64,000 bases of DNA from positions 70,621-134,620 of the forward strand of contig JAQGDQ010000288.1 in the NCBI GenBank assembly GCA_030141605.1. Direction: 5' to 3'. The translations under genes were made by a program, and so were the position numbers. Positions 14,356-24,554 of this stretch are shown here, one piece after another. The notes beneath the pieces are model-generated. The model made no database searches, was not told the DNA's origin, and was given only the letters and a program-made list of their open reading frames with translations. The DNA is from Tubiluchus corallicola. Lineage: Eukaryota; Animalia; Priapulida. Position 1 is the first letter of the stretch. Every line of letters begins with the position of its first letter.

Positions 14356-14494
14356 TTAGTAGCAACGATTTTGCGCTTTTCTTTATTTTTATGTGTCTTT
14401 TATTCGTTTCTTTTCAGGTTTTTTGTTGACGCCCGATGAGTTAGACATTGGAGGAGGAAATCAAACAGTCAATGACACCATGTTTCTTTTCTAG
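1903..14494 (+). CDS. SLC28A3: Concentrative nucleoside transporter (SLC28/CNT family, SLC28A3-like); 5'-truncated by the window, 9 exons present
   Basis: join(1903..2050,5602..5793,6880..7041,7407..7532,8550..8680,9890..10058,12479..12637,14018..14198,14418..14494), all phases compatible; CNT motifs [58 protein letters not shown]. Family is secure, the paralogue symbol is only a best label. Confidence 0.93.
3405..4139 (-). pseudogene. Intronless orphan ORF (156 aa intact, frame continues past in-frame stops) inside SLC28 intron A
   Basis: ATG 4139 to TGA 3669; the same frame continues [69 protein letters not shown]...; GC content higher than flanks. Confidence 0.45.
4446..4504. repeat. Short degenerate (CCCTAA)n/(CCCCAA)n tract
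   Basis: accctaaccctagcc...ctaaccctaaccctaaccccaaccccaacc. Confidence 0.85.
5602..5793 (+). CDS. SLC28A3: SLC28 exon B (IIWRPVIWG...HYFAFK)
   Basis: tag acceptor, AAG|gttagc donor, CNT motif WRPV.WG. Confidence 0.92.
6390..6700. repeat. (GAT)n/(GAC)n compound trinucleotide microsatellite
   Basis: Direct reading. Confidence 0.95.
6880..7041 (+). CDS. SLC28A3: SLC28 exon C ([10 protein letters not shown]...GNIFIGQ)
   Basis: tttacag acceptor, CAG|gtagct donor. Confidence 0.93.
7407..7532 (+). CDS. SLC28A3: SLC28 exon D ([10 protein letters not shown]...GAYIGFG), GC donor
   Basis: ttatag acceptor; the frame of the next exon requires the donor GGT|gcaagt. Confidence 0.9.
7822..8086. repeat. 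Dispersed MITE-like repeat (CTCGCAAG/GAGAG family) with an internal 30-bp unit repeated three times (7988-8077)
   Basis: Three copies of CGAGAGAGCTTGCCAAGTCGTTCACACTTG; shares gactagag...taaactcgcaagt with the copy at 58660. Confidence 0.7.
8550..8680 (+). CDS. SLC28A3: SLC28 exon E ([15 protein letters not shown]...LPKG)
   Basis: ttttcag acceptor, GG|gtgaac donor. Confidence 0.92.
9890..10058 (+). CDS. SLC28A3: SLC28 exon F ([13 protein letters not shown]...PELSFE)
   Basis: tttcag acceptor, GAG|gtgagg donor. Confidence 0.92.
12479..12637 (+). CDS. SLC28A3: SLC28 exon G ([12 protein letters not shown]...NEFIAY...GTLK)
   Basis: ctctcag acceptor, AAG|gtagga donor. Confidence 0.92.
13712..13762. 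repeat. (CAAA)n microsatellite
   Basis: Direct reading. Confidence 0.95.
14018..14198 (+). CDS. SLC28A3: SLC28 exon H ([19 protein letters not shown]...TACIA)
   Basis: ttatag acceptor, G|gtagat donor. Confidence 0.93.
14294..14353. repeat. (CAG)n intronic microsatellite
   Basis: About 19 CAG units in the last SLC28 intron. Confidence 0.95.
14418..14494 (+). CDS. SLC28A3: SLC28 terminal exon ([25 protein letters not shown])
   Basis: ttttcag acceptor, phase 1, TAG at 14492-14494, several AATAAA downstream (14600-14980). Confidence 0.85.
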
Positions 14495-15019
14495 TTTGTC
14501 TTGTGTTGTAAAGTGCATGGTTTCTGTTTAAGGATCTGTATCTATTTTCAAAAGGAATGTAAAATATGGAGTATTTTGCTGGGTTTGATAAGGGCACCAA
14601 TAAAACGCAGTGATAGTTGTGCAATTCATTTTCTGCAAATAAAATACAATGATAAATGCTACGTCATTTACTGATAATTTACTGATCCTAAAACAAGGAT
14701 ATTGTGCTTGAAATTTTGTTTAAAATAGTTGTGTATTTCAACAACGAGGTTGTTACTGCATTTGAATTTTAACCTAAGAAGCATTCTTTCTTTGTTTTCA
14801 AATATTTCTTTCTTTTTCTCTCATCAGTCTTTCTCAAAATCACGTTTCTAGGAAAACTAGACTAGTGAGACTACCAGTCTTTCATAATGAGCATCAGGTA
14901 AATTAAAAGATAAAATTTTTGTAAATTTTTGTAACAATTTTTACATAATAAAGCTTTTGCAGCACTAGAGTGTTTCAATAAAACACGCTTCATACATTTA
15001 GACTAAACCTTGTATTAGC

Positions 15020-15382
15020 AGGGTCAATAATAAAGGAAAATATTAGCCTTACCTCTAAAAAATTCCAAACAAACGTTTTGGTGTTTTCTTGTAGTATTTG
15101 GTCCAGAGAATAACATATCCAAATTACGTCGAAATTTCAGCACTGCAAATAGCCTTACTTGTCTGTTACTTGTCTTGTCAATTATGACGTCAAAAAAGAT
15201 GGCCGCCATTTGACCATCAGTAGGGTCAATATAATGGAAAAATAGCCTTTCCTCTAAAAAATTGCAAGCAAACGCTTTTGGAGTTTTCTTGTAGTATTTG
15301 GTTCATATCCAAATTAGGCCGAAATTGTAGCGCTGCAAAAGGCCTAATTATGACGTCAACAAAGATGGCTGCCATTTGACCA
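15020..15382. repeat. Diverged tandem duplication (~200 and ~160 bp units)
   Basis: Both units run AGGGTCAATA...CCTCTAAAAAATT...TTTTCTTGTAGTATTTGGT...ATTATGACGTCAA..AAGATGGC.GCCATTTGACCA. Confidence 0.85.
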
Positions 15383-15901
15383 AAATGAATGGGCATTTAG
15401 TCACCAGAACTCTGAAAAATGTTCATTTTGCCTTAAAAGCACGAAACTTTGCACAATGCTAAAACCTGTCCGGGTGATTAATCTTGGGTATGGGTCAATC
15501 GAAAATTATCTAATATGGCCACAGCATTCAAGATGGCCGACTAAATGGCTGTTGCCAACTTATAAAGCCATATATTTTGAAAGAGATAAGAAAAAGATTA
15601 AAAGATAAGTGCCTTGTCTTTCAGGAATTGTGAACAAAGTCTACTTGTTTTATCAACTAACATGCACGTACTGTAACAACATAGCAAGGTTATGTTTAAA
15701 TGCAGATATGGTTTCTCGAATGAATATTACAGGTACAGTATTATATTGTTGTGGAGGCGGCCAAGAGGTCCCGGGTTCAAATCTGAATCAGGCAAACCAT
15801 GTTGCAGACAAATGTTGGAGATGAGATAATTGACAAGATATACAAAAATTTAAACAGAAAATTAAGATGAAAACAAGCCAGAACTCATGCTGACCACTGA
15901 A

Positions 15902-16181
15902 CAGCAAGTGAAATGGTGCTGTGACGTATGTAAATGTGTCCAGGTAAGTATTGTTTGCACCACAGTTATGTCCAGATAAGTTTTAAAATAAAATTAAAAA
16001 ATTGGTTTTAATAAATGTCTACATATAGATAATAATAGATAAGTTTTAATGATAACAATACTTCTAATCTCACATTAAAAAACCGCTGTTTCTAAAATCA
16101 CATTCGACATAATATTTGCATGGTGCAGACAATACTTGCTTGGACACATTTCCATCTGCCACAGCAACATTTCGCTTGCTG
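15902..16181. mobile_element. MITE-like inverted repeat (~70-bp arms)
   Basis: CAGCAAGTGAAATGGTGCTGTG...GTATTGTTTGCACCA pairs with TGGTGCAGACAATAC...CACAGCAACATTTCGCTTGCTG. Confidence 0.7.
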
Positions 16182-16611
16182 GCAACAACATTTAATAAGT
16201 TGTTGACACTCTTTTGGTACTTTAGAACACAAAATCCAGTGTGATTTCCTTTTCAGTTCCAACCAGTATTAAATTGTGATAGTAAAGTTTTAGTAAAACA
16301 GGTATTTATGAGTCCACTTTTTTCTGTCGGGCTTCTTATCTGTGCAATTTTCTAGCAGAAAATTCAAGCAGAATATCAACAGATACTTTCTTTAGCTAGC
16401 AAATTAATTATATAAATTCTATTTCTCTGCATATGTATTAATATCTACACGATATTATGACAGCCCTGTACTATGAGCGGTCTTTTGTCTTGGTGTGATT
16501 TGTAAAAAACAGAAAAATAGGAGACTGATTATTTTAGAATTATTCATTTCTCAAGTCCTCAGCAACTTGTTCAAGCCTGCTAATCAGTTCTATGCTACGA
16601 TTGTCTAGAAA

Positions 16612-16830
16612 ACCCAGGCGGGTAAGGTAATCCTTGTCTTATCTATAGTGGGCGTAAATTAATATTAAAACGATTCCTGCGGGTAATATGATACACTTCC
16701 GCAAATATGCCTCATGTTATACCCAGGCGGGTAAGGTAATCCTTGTCTTATCTATAGTGGGCGTAAATTAATATTAAAACGTTTCCTGCGGGTAATATGA
16801 TACACTTCCGCAAATATGCCTCATGTTATA
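16612..16830. repeat. Near-perfect 109-bp tandem duplication
   Basis: ACCCAGGCGGGTAAGG...CTCATGTTAT starts at 16612 and 16721; one mismatch seen. Confidence 0.95.
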
Positions 16831-17970
16831 CTAGCCTAATAAGTCGAAAAAGTTCAACACATGTTGTGCAACCTTTCCCTGTTTGCGTTGTTGAATAATT
16901 ATTGATCACTTTAACTTTCGGCTACAACGCAAATAATTGTTTTCGTTAGCTCGCATGTTTATACATTTACTATAATGACTTGAACTATAAAAAAATCGTT
17001 ATTTACCGTTCTTTGTGTGCAAATGGAATTTCATGTTGTGTAAATATTGAATTGCTAATAAATAAACAAAGCTAGCCAATTATTTATCGTGCCGTGAAAC
17101 ATTGCTGTAATACAATACTGAGTTAAACAGATCTGAAGTAGCATATGTATTGCATAAGCAGTGTTATCTTTCAGGCTAGCTTGGGTACAGTGAAGCCAGG
17201 TATATTAATTCTAGAGTGACATTATTCATTTTGCATTACCTGTAGAGTTTGTTTGGCATGCTTGGCCGCTCTTGTATTGAGTGGTTAGATAGCCTTAGAA
17301 TCCTGTTTTAGTGATATAGTAGTTGTGAGGTCAGTATGCCACTGTTGTAGAACCAGTATGTCTTTTGTAATTTCTGAAGATTGGCTTGAGATTTGTTATA
17401 CAGATCCTCAAACGTTTGTAAGTTTATTTGTTTGCTTAATAGTTTCTGTTGGTGTTTATTTGATAATAATTCTTTTCATCTCCAGCCATTGCCTAATTAT
17501 TGATTTTTTTGCAACTGTTTAAAGTGCATGCGTATGCGCGTGTTTTTGTGTAGGCGTGCATGTGTGTGCATGTGCGTGCTGATTTGTGAATATGGTAGGA
17601 AGTTTGTTTGTTAGCAAATTTTTGCGTTTGTTTTGTAATGCCATATGTAATGGTTTAATTTTGAATCATCTTCTGCTTCAGTGTGCTTGTTGTTAATTTG
17701 CTAACGCTTGTTTCTCATTTACTCGCACTCGCACATTTACTGTTGCTTTATTTTTGTTGATATTCTTTTTTCTTGTTCTATTGCAGTTGCACCTCTTCTT
17801 TTTTACAATGAATGGAAAATGAAAATAAAATCTGTAAAACAAATAGCCAGTTTTCTACAAGCAGTTCAGAATATCTAAAGTGATGACCATTATGGTATAA
17901 CAAGGACAACCTGCATGAAGAGAAATTAGTGTTAGCTAAGTTATTTGTGTCATTGGGAGAAGTACTTGTA

Positions 17971-19146
17971 ATGTTTGAATCGCCGCAACGTGTGTGGACA
18001 ATATTGGCATTTTCATTGATATCGTTGCTATTTGCTTTGTCGTACGTTTCCTTTTGTTGTTATCATCCTTCAAGACTGTCTAATGCGGGCAGTACAATAT
18101 TCATAAAACGGCTGTTTGACAGCAACTTTAAAGAAAGCAGTAGTGGGCAACGAAAACTCATCTTATATTGGAATAAATTTTTTGATCGCAAACACTTTGG
18201 GTTTGGATTAGGTGCAGAGCCGTTTAGACAATGGTGTGCCAAAGGTATAGAACAGAAGCTAGTGGATGATTACACTAACTGTGAAACAACTGAAGACAAA
18301 GCTTTACTGAATCGATCTGATGCTGTTATTGTGCACTTCAGAAATGCCTTTGATGATGTTCCCCAAAACTCAGTACCTGGACAAAAATGGGTGTTTTATC
18401 TTAGGGAATCACCTGTTCACACTCCTGTTGAGTATTTAAGACGTTTAAGAGAAAGATTTCACTGGACCATGACTTACAGACTGGATTCAGATATAGTTGT
18501 CAGGGAAGGGGCGACAGGACAGAGACGTCGCGCATCTTTAAGTCAGATCAATACATTGAGAAGGCAAGGAGAGTTAGTTTTGTACGGTAAAAGTAAACTG
18601 GTACTTTGGTTTGTCAGCAACTGTAAAACGGCCAGTAAACGAGAAGATTACGTCAAAGAACTGCAAAAGTATATCGCCGTTGATATCTATGGTGAGTGTG
18701 GCACATTAAAGTGTGGGAGAATAAACGAAAGTAGTTGTTTACAGATGATGGAAAAGCACTACAAGTTTTATCTAGCTTTTGAAAACTCCATCTGTCGTGA
18801 TTATGTGACGGAGAAACTATACAGGACGCTACAGTACTACATTGTCCCGATTGTAATGGGTGGTTCAAACTACACTCAAATAGCCCCACCCCATTCTATC
18901 ATTGACGTCAATGACTATAAGTCAGCTAAAGATCTTGCTGATTACTTGCTGTATCTCGATAGTCACGATGAATTCTATCTTGAGTATTTTAAATGGAAAG
19001 AGAAATATTTTGTAAAGCGAGTTGTGAATCAACAGTTTTGCGAGTTATGCTACAAGCTAAACACGGAGCTGAACAATGGCTCTCATTTGCACAAAACGAC
19101 TAATTTATATGACTGGTGGGTTACTCAAGGTTCTTGCAAACGCTAG
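17971..19146 (+). CDS. Alpha-1,3-fucosyltransferase (GT10 family), type II Golgi membrane protein, single coding exon, 391 aa
   Basis: N-terminal TM VWTILAFSLISLLFALSYVSF; motifs Q.WVFY..ESP, WTMTYRLDSDI, WFVSNC, VDIYGECG, YKFYLAFENSICRDYVTEKL; first in-frame ATG 17971; splice acceptor at 17786. Confidence 0.95.
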   Translation: MFESPQRVWTILAFSLISLLFALSYVSFCCYHPSRLSNAGSTIFIKRLFDSNFKESSSGQRKLILYWNKFFDRKHFGFGLGAEPFRQWCAKGIEQKLVDDYTNCETTEDKALLNRSDAVIVHFRNAFDDVPQNSVPGQKWVFYLRESPVHTPVEYLRRLRERFHWTMTYRLDSDIVVREGATGQRRRASLSQINTLRRQGELVLYGKSKLVLWFVSNCKTASKREDYVKELQKYIAVDIYGECGTLKCGRINESSCLQMMEKHYKFYLAFENSICRDYVTEKLYRTLQYYIVPIVMGGSNYTQIAPPHSIIDVNDYKSAKDLADYLLYLDSHDEFYLEYFKWKEKYFVKRVVNQQFCELCYKLNTELNNGSHLHKTTNLYDWWVTQGSCKR

Positions 19147-19597
19147 TCACACGCAAAAACAATAGCCTAAATCCAAAACCAGGGTGATTGAATTTAAGGA
19201 CAGGATAGAGATGGACAGAAGTAACGAAAAATGCTTTGACTGATTGGATACTCTATTCCTGTTCAATCGCTGATTCTTCACACTTCTTTTTTTCAATTTA
19301 TTTGACACTCATAATTTGACTTTAACATAAAGTTGGAATTCTGGCGCCATTATTAACCGAGTCTTAAACTTTTAAGATTTGAGGTGCAAACAACCTTGCT
19401 TGTCTACCCTTAAGCTTAATTATAATTATATTGTAGCTCTCTAATCCAGACTATTGTTAAAAAATTCCAAAATAATTTCCCTACCGTGATATAAAGCAAT
19501 ACAAACCTATAAGCCCTAAAATGGAAACAAATGATTTTGAAGTGCATACTAGGTAATTCAAAAATATTAAATTTTACCAGACCTTATCAGGTAATAA

Positions 19598-19705
19598 GAT
19601 AGCTGAGCGGACAAGGCGTGCTCTTAGTGACAGAAAGTTGAGCAACGCCTATCCTAGTCAATAAGTAGATGGGTGACCGCTGGATAGACTACCTCTAAGC
19701 TGTTC
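19598..19705 (+). mobile_element. tRNA/5S-rRNA-derived SINE head (or 5S pseudogene fragment)
   Basis: AAGTTGAGCAACGCCTATCCTAGTCAATAAGTAGATGGGTGACCGC aligns without gaps to the 5S rRNA internal control region; preceded by tRNA A-box-like TAGCTGAGCGG. Confidence 0.65.
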
Positions 19706-21489
19706 CCATTTGCCATACCACCTTCGGCTATTTACTTCCTGGAGGAAAATGCTTGAACGTTTGAACGATAAGTGTTCATAATTATGGTTCTCTTTGATGA
19801 TTTAATTTGTGTTGTCTTTTTTCTGCTGTTTTCGCATTTTATGTAAGAAAGTTCCAACATGAATGTAAAACTCTCTATTGGTTTAGTGGGTTTTCCTGAT
19901 AAATAGGCAAAAATGGATTCCGGGCCGGTTATACTTCCAACTACCTTCATTAAATATGCCTTGTGACTGAGTACGGAAAAATCCAGCTTACAGAATGCCA
20001 ATGGTGGTGCTTGAAATGTTTCAGTTCAAAGAAGATTTTGGTGTGTTGCTTGTGTTTCGGCAAACCAATCTTAACCAAATTCATAACACAGCTAGGCAGA
20101 TCCATTATCTTATAGGCTAGTGTAAGCTGCAGCCTAGTGTCCTCAAGCTTTGGTAATATTTAAAAAAAAATGTTCCCTACGGTTGTGTTGAAATATACGC
20201 TAATTTAGTTTGCAGTACATAGTAAAAGAGTGGTATTACATAAAGGATATCTTTATTGACAAACAAAAGATAGCTATTCTAGTTTATTTAAAGAAATTGC
20301 ACAAGTTTACTTCAAGCTGCGTAAATGTCGCTAAAATATGTCATTAGTAAAATATATTCAAGACCTGTCTTGGGCGAGTTAGGGGTAGTTCCATAATTTA
20401 ATTAGCCTAAGGCCCCCAAAAGGTCTATACAGCCCTGCAGCTAGGCCTACTTAATCATAAGGAAACATCTCTTGAATACTGTTAAGTATGTAAAACTGGA
20501 GTAAAATTGGTCAGTTCTTTGTGTATTACACATTTATTCGCGTATTTTAACGTCTAAGATAAGGTGAACAATGCTAGGCGGTTGTATTGTATAATTATTA
20601 TTATTAAGGCACATTGGTTTGGTTTATTTTATAACAAGGTATCATGATAAGTGAGTATTTAAAATGAGTATTTTACTGATGTATAATTGTTTTATAAAGT
20701 GATATATTATGTTGATATAATTCATGTATATTAAGAAGTATGTTTAAAAGATGTATGTTTGCTATTATAAAACAGTGTAAATGACTGACTGACCGATTAA
20801 CCGACAGATCGACTGCAATAGTTATGGATAGGACTGACTGACTGACTGACTAATTAATTTAACTGCAAATAATGGGTAACTTTCTGGCTTTCTGAATAGA
20901 TGACTAAGTAACTGAATGAGTACAGTCATGAATACAAAATGACTGGCGGACTTATGAACTTTCTGAATAACTCTGAATAGTAAACTGCAAACTTAAAGCG
21001 GATAGAAAACATTTCATGCAAACTTTGCTGCTACGTTTTTATTATCAGTAACGCTGTTTTTCATTCAAAGTTTATCGTTCCTCGCGACATTGTGTTTCAC
21101 CTTGACAAAGCTTTAGCGAAAAAAATGTTAACATGTATAGCGAACAAATATTAAAATGCAGTTGAATAACCACACACAACTGAATGGCTAACGAGCGCGT
21201 AGAAACAGTAATTACAGAGACCAATGTTGTGGTTGCAGAGATTTCAGGCGCCAACGAAATGCAGACATTGAGATCTTGGGCACTGAGAAATGTCAAACAG
21301 TGTAGACTCATACGTGAAACCTTTCAAGTCTACATAAAAAAGTCTACATTAATTGTACTCTCTTTTAGAGGTCCACACAGTTACATACATTTTTAGCAGC
21401 ACAGATTGTTCTCATTCAATGTTTATGAACATCTTTAATTTCTACAAATTTTCACACTCACAATCAAATATCTAGTTTTATCTACAGCC

Positions 21490-21780
21490 AAATAAAAGGC
21501 TAGGAATCGGGTCTTATGGCGTGCTTAAAATACCAGCTTTAGAGCTTCACTCAAACAGAACAGGAGCCAGAATGTGCCAGATAAATCCCTTTTACGGTCG
21601 CACTACTTTCTTTAAGTCGATCCTAAACTCGTACATTTATCGACCTAACCCCTCCACCTGTCCTGGGATATGGCCCATTGCATAGTCCTCGCAGTTGTGC
21701 AGATCTACAAATACCGAGTAGCGATAGAATTCACCCATCCATTGGTAATTATTACTAACATTTGACGTTATTTAAAGCTA
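21490..21780 (-). mobile_element. 5S-rRNA-derived SINE-like element
   Basis: Minus strand TAAATAACGTC..GTTAGTA[insert]GGATGGGTGA...TACTCGGTATTTGTAGA resembles the 3' half of 5S rRNA; 3' boundary approximate. Confidence 0.45.
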
Positions 21781-24314
21781 AAAATAGATTTTTAAAATGG
21801 CTGTAAAGTGTAAACCTGAAACACAATTATTGCAATAAAAACTCGACAAAAACTCGAACAATAGTGGTTTTACTTTCCTATTGCTCTGTAGAAAACCAGA
21901 AAGTTATCCATTATTTGCAGTTAAATTAATTAGTTTTGGGTTTCGATTTAATTTGAATTGGAGTGTCTAAACTTGATCATTCCCGTGGACCAACTTTGTC
22001 AACTCAGCAAAATCAATACAATGATTAAAATCTGGCAAAAACTTTCAGCTACGTGATTGCACCTATTATTGTGGCAGATCTCATGTAAGTCTGAAACCCC
22101 AAGTTCCATTTAGAAAAGTTTTTGGAATTTTGGCTGCACACGGGCCATTTTTGTGTTGGTTTTTTCATTTTTTCTTACGTAGTAAATGATAATAGAAGAG
22201 CATGGCTGCCACTCTAAAAAACGATCGACGCCGAATCTCAACATGATTGCAGCCTAGTTTGGTTTTGAAGTGGCCCTGATATAATAACATGCTTAGCAAC
22301 CAACTATTTACACTTGAATTAAGGCTTTCTTAACTAGACAGATACGTTGTAAGATTATCTTTAGTTTATATATCCTTAGCTCTCATGATTTAAACCTGCA
22401 TAAGTGTTTTGTAAATATATGGACAAAATACAATCGGTTTTGTTTTGTCGAAAATTAATATTACTATATGTCATTATAATAGTTTTCAGCTTTTTGCGAA
22501 ACGAATGTACAACATTTTAAAATATAGACATGTTGCACAGATGCTTTTACTAACTGATTCGAAATGCGACGCGGCAGTATCCTAATGCTCCGCATTTTAG
22601 AACGCCATTTACCGTTGCCGTGAATCAGTTTATTTAAGCTAGGAAAAGGGGTAGCTCTATTGAGACATGATAATATAAAAACTTATTACATTAACAACAA
22701 TTCGAGAACGAAAACGACATCACCGACACCAACTGTAAAAAGAAATAGACCTCTTTTTACAGTTACATCGTAAGCGAGTAACCAAAAAAGTATTATGCCA
22801 TTGTTTTGAAAAATTAATTTTATTGTTGGGCCATATTTCAGAGACTTTAGCCAAGACATATTGGTGCATTTTTCGTTTTAAATACTGCCCCAAAATCGTA
22901 TCTATTTGTGAATCCGGCATCTACTGCGATGAAAATGATAACATCGGTTGCAGAGATGACTGTGGCAGCAACAACCAAGCAATAACATTAACAACAGCGA
23001 CAGCGGCAATGGCAACAACGAGTGCGACTACAACCTTATAAATTCACACATTGAAGAGTCATAAGACTATTATAGAACAGGATCAGGTAGTTTTCAAAAA
23101 AATCGTACAAAACAAATTTCAAAATAACTTTTTTCCAATAGTTTTTTATAAAACTTTTTTTAAAATTTAGGAAAGGTGCGTAAGCAGGCCTGTATATGAT
23201 TAATTACTTTATAAGCGAACTCGTGACAGTAACCTGCATTCACAGATCGATGCGAAAAGACACCAAATTTAATTAAAAGCAATATCAGATAAACGCCGAG
23301 CCCCCTAAGATTACCATGTCATTTTTCATCAATATTAAGTAAGAAAGATATGCTGCTAGGAGTAGTATGACGCAGCCACAGAGCATTTCATAAGAAAGTT
23401 TTATACACTGTGCCGAGAGAAATATAAGTCAACATTGTGCATAGTGTTACGCGTAATAATTATGATACAGTGAGGAGTGAGTTTTTTTCTTTGCAAAACG
23501 TGTAATAGGTATGTTGATATTTTTCTTTATAATTTGATTTAACTTATTGGGTTAACAAGCACTAATAGGTTTGTTATACAATACATTTTACAAAATATTA
23601 ATGAAAATGACAGATTACATAAATCGCAACATCATAATTTGATGTATAATATGCCCAATTGACACATACAACTATTAAATGTTAAAATAACAAACATGAC
23701 AATTTTCAGACGTGTAGGCAATATAATAGTAATTTGCTCAGTTTGCGCTGCTTTTAAAACATTCTCTGACAAAGTTACATAGTAAAACTAACGCTTTCGT
23801 ATCATCATTTCCTAAGATAAATTTAAATTTTTCATCATATGTGCGGAGTGCAAGGTATTGATTTGATTTTAGTCTTTTATGTGTTCTTTAAAAACACTGA
23901 TCATTGTAAAGATACCAGCTGAACTTCTAGTTGTCGGTGGTGAAGCCATTGTTTATTATGCATTATTATTACAATTTTATTATGTATTATTATTACAATT
24001 TTTAAAGCACTTTCTAGCAAAAAGGCCACATTTTTGCTGAAACAACCTTTAACATATTTGATTCTTGTTGTCATAAAGCATTTGTGAAACAATGTTTTCT
24101 TATTTCCTTGGTAGAGTAATAAGTTATTTACTTTAATTTAATTGGTTAACAATCAACAAGTACAAATGCATTACAATTATTATGCAACGCATATTTACAA
24201 ATATTAATGACAATGAGATAGATTACATAAATCACAACATCATAATTTATATATCAGAAACGCTCGCAGAATCATCAACAAGAACACGTTTTGTGAATTT
24301 TGTCAGTAGGAAGT

Positions 24315-24554
24315 ATGGGAAGTCCCGCCCTAATGGTTTGGATCGCCATGTCACTGACGTCAGCAGCTCTGGTTACGTCATACACCTGTCCAAAAGAGAA
24401 TACGTATTGCCACTGTGCCCCGGTTGACCAGGGGTTGTCACTTTATTGCCCAGGAGCTGATTTTGAAATCCTAAACGAGTTTATATCAGAAAGCGATGGT
24501 CCTGTAGTCAGTCTTACAATCAAATATGGAGTCACTCCTCATCTATATAAAGAG
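24315..24554 (+). CDS. LRR gene exon 1 (signal peptide + LRRNT1)
   Basis: MGSPALMVWIAMSLTSAALVTSYTCPKENTYCHC; GAG|gtaagc donor. Confidence 0.85.

Noticed and set aside
17929-17970. GTG-initiated extension of the fucosyltransferase
   Set aside because: ATG 17971 already gives a normal short cytoplasmic tail plus TM segment
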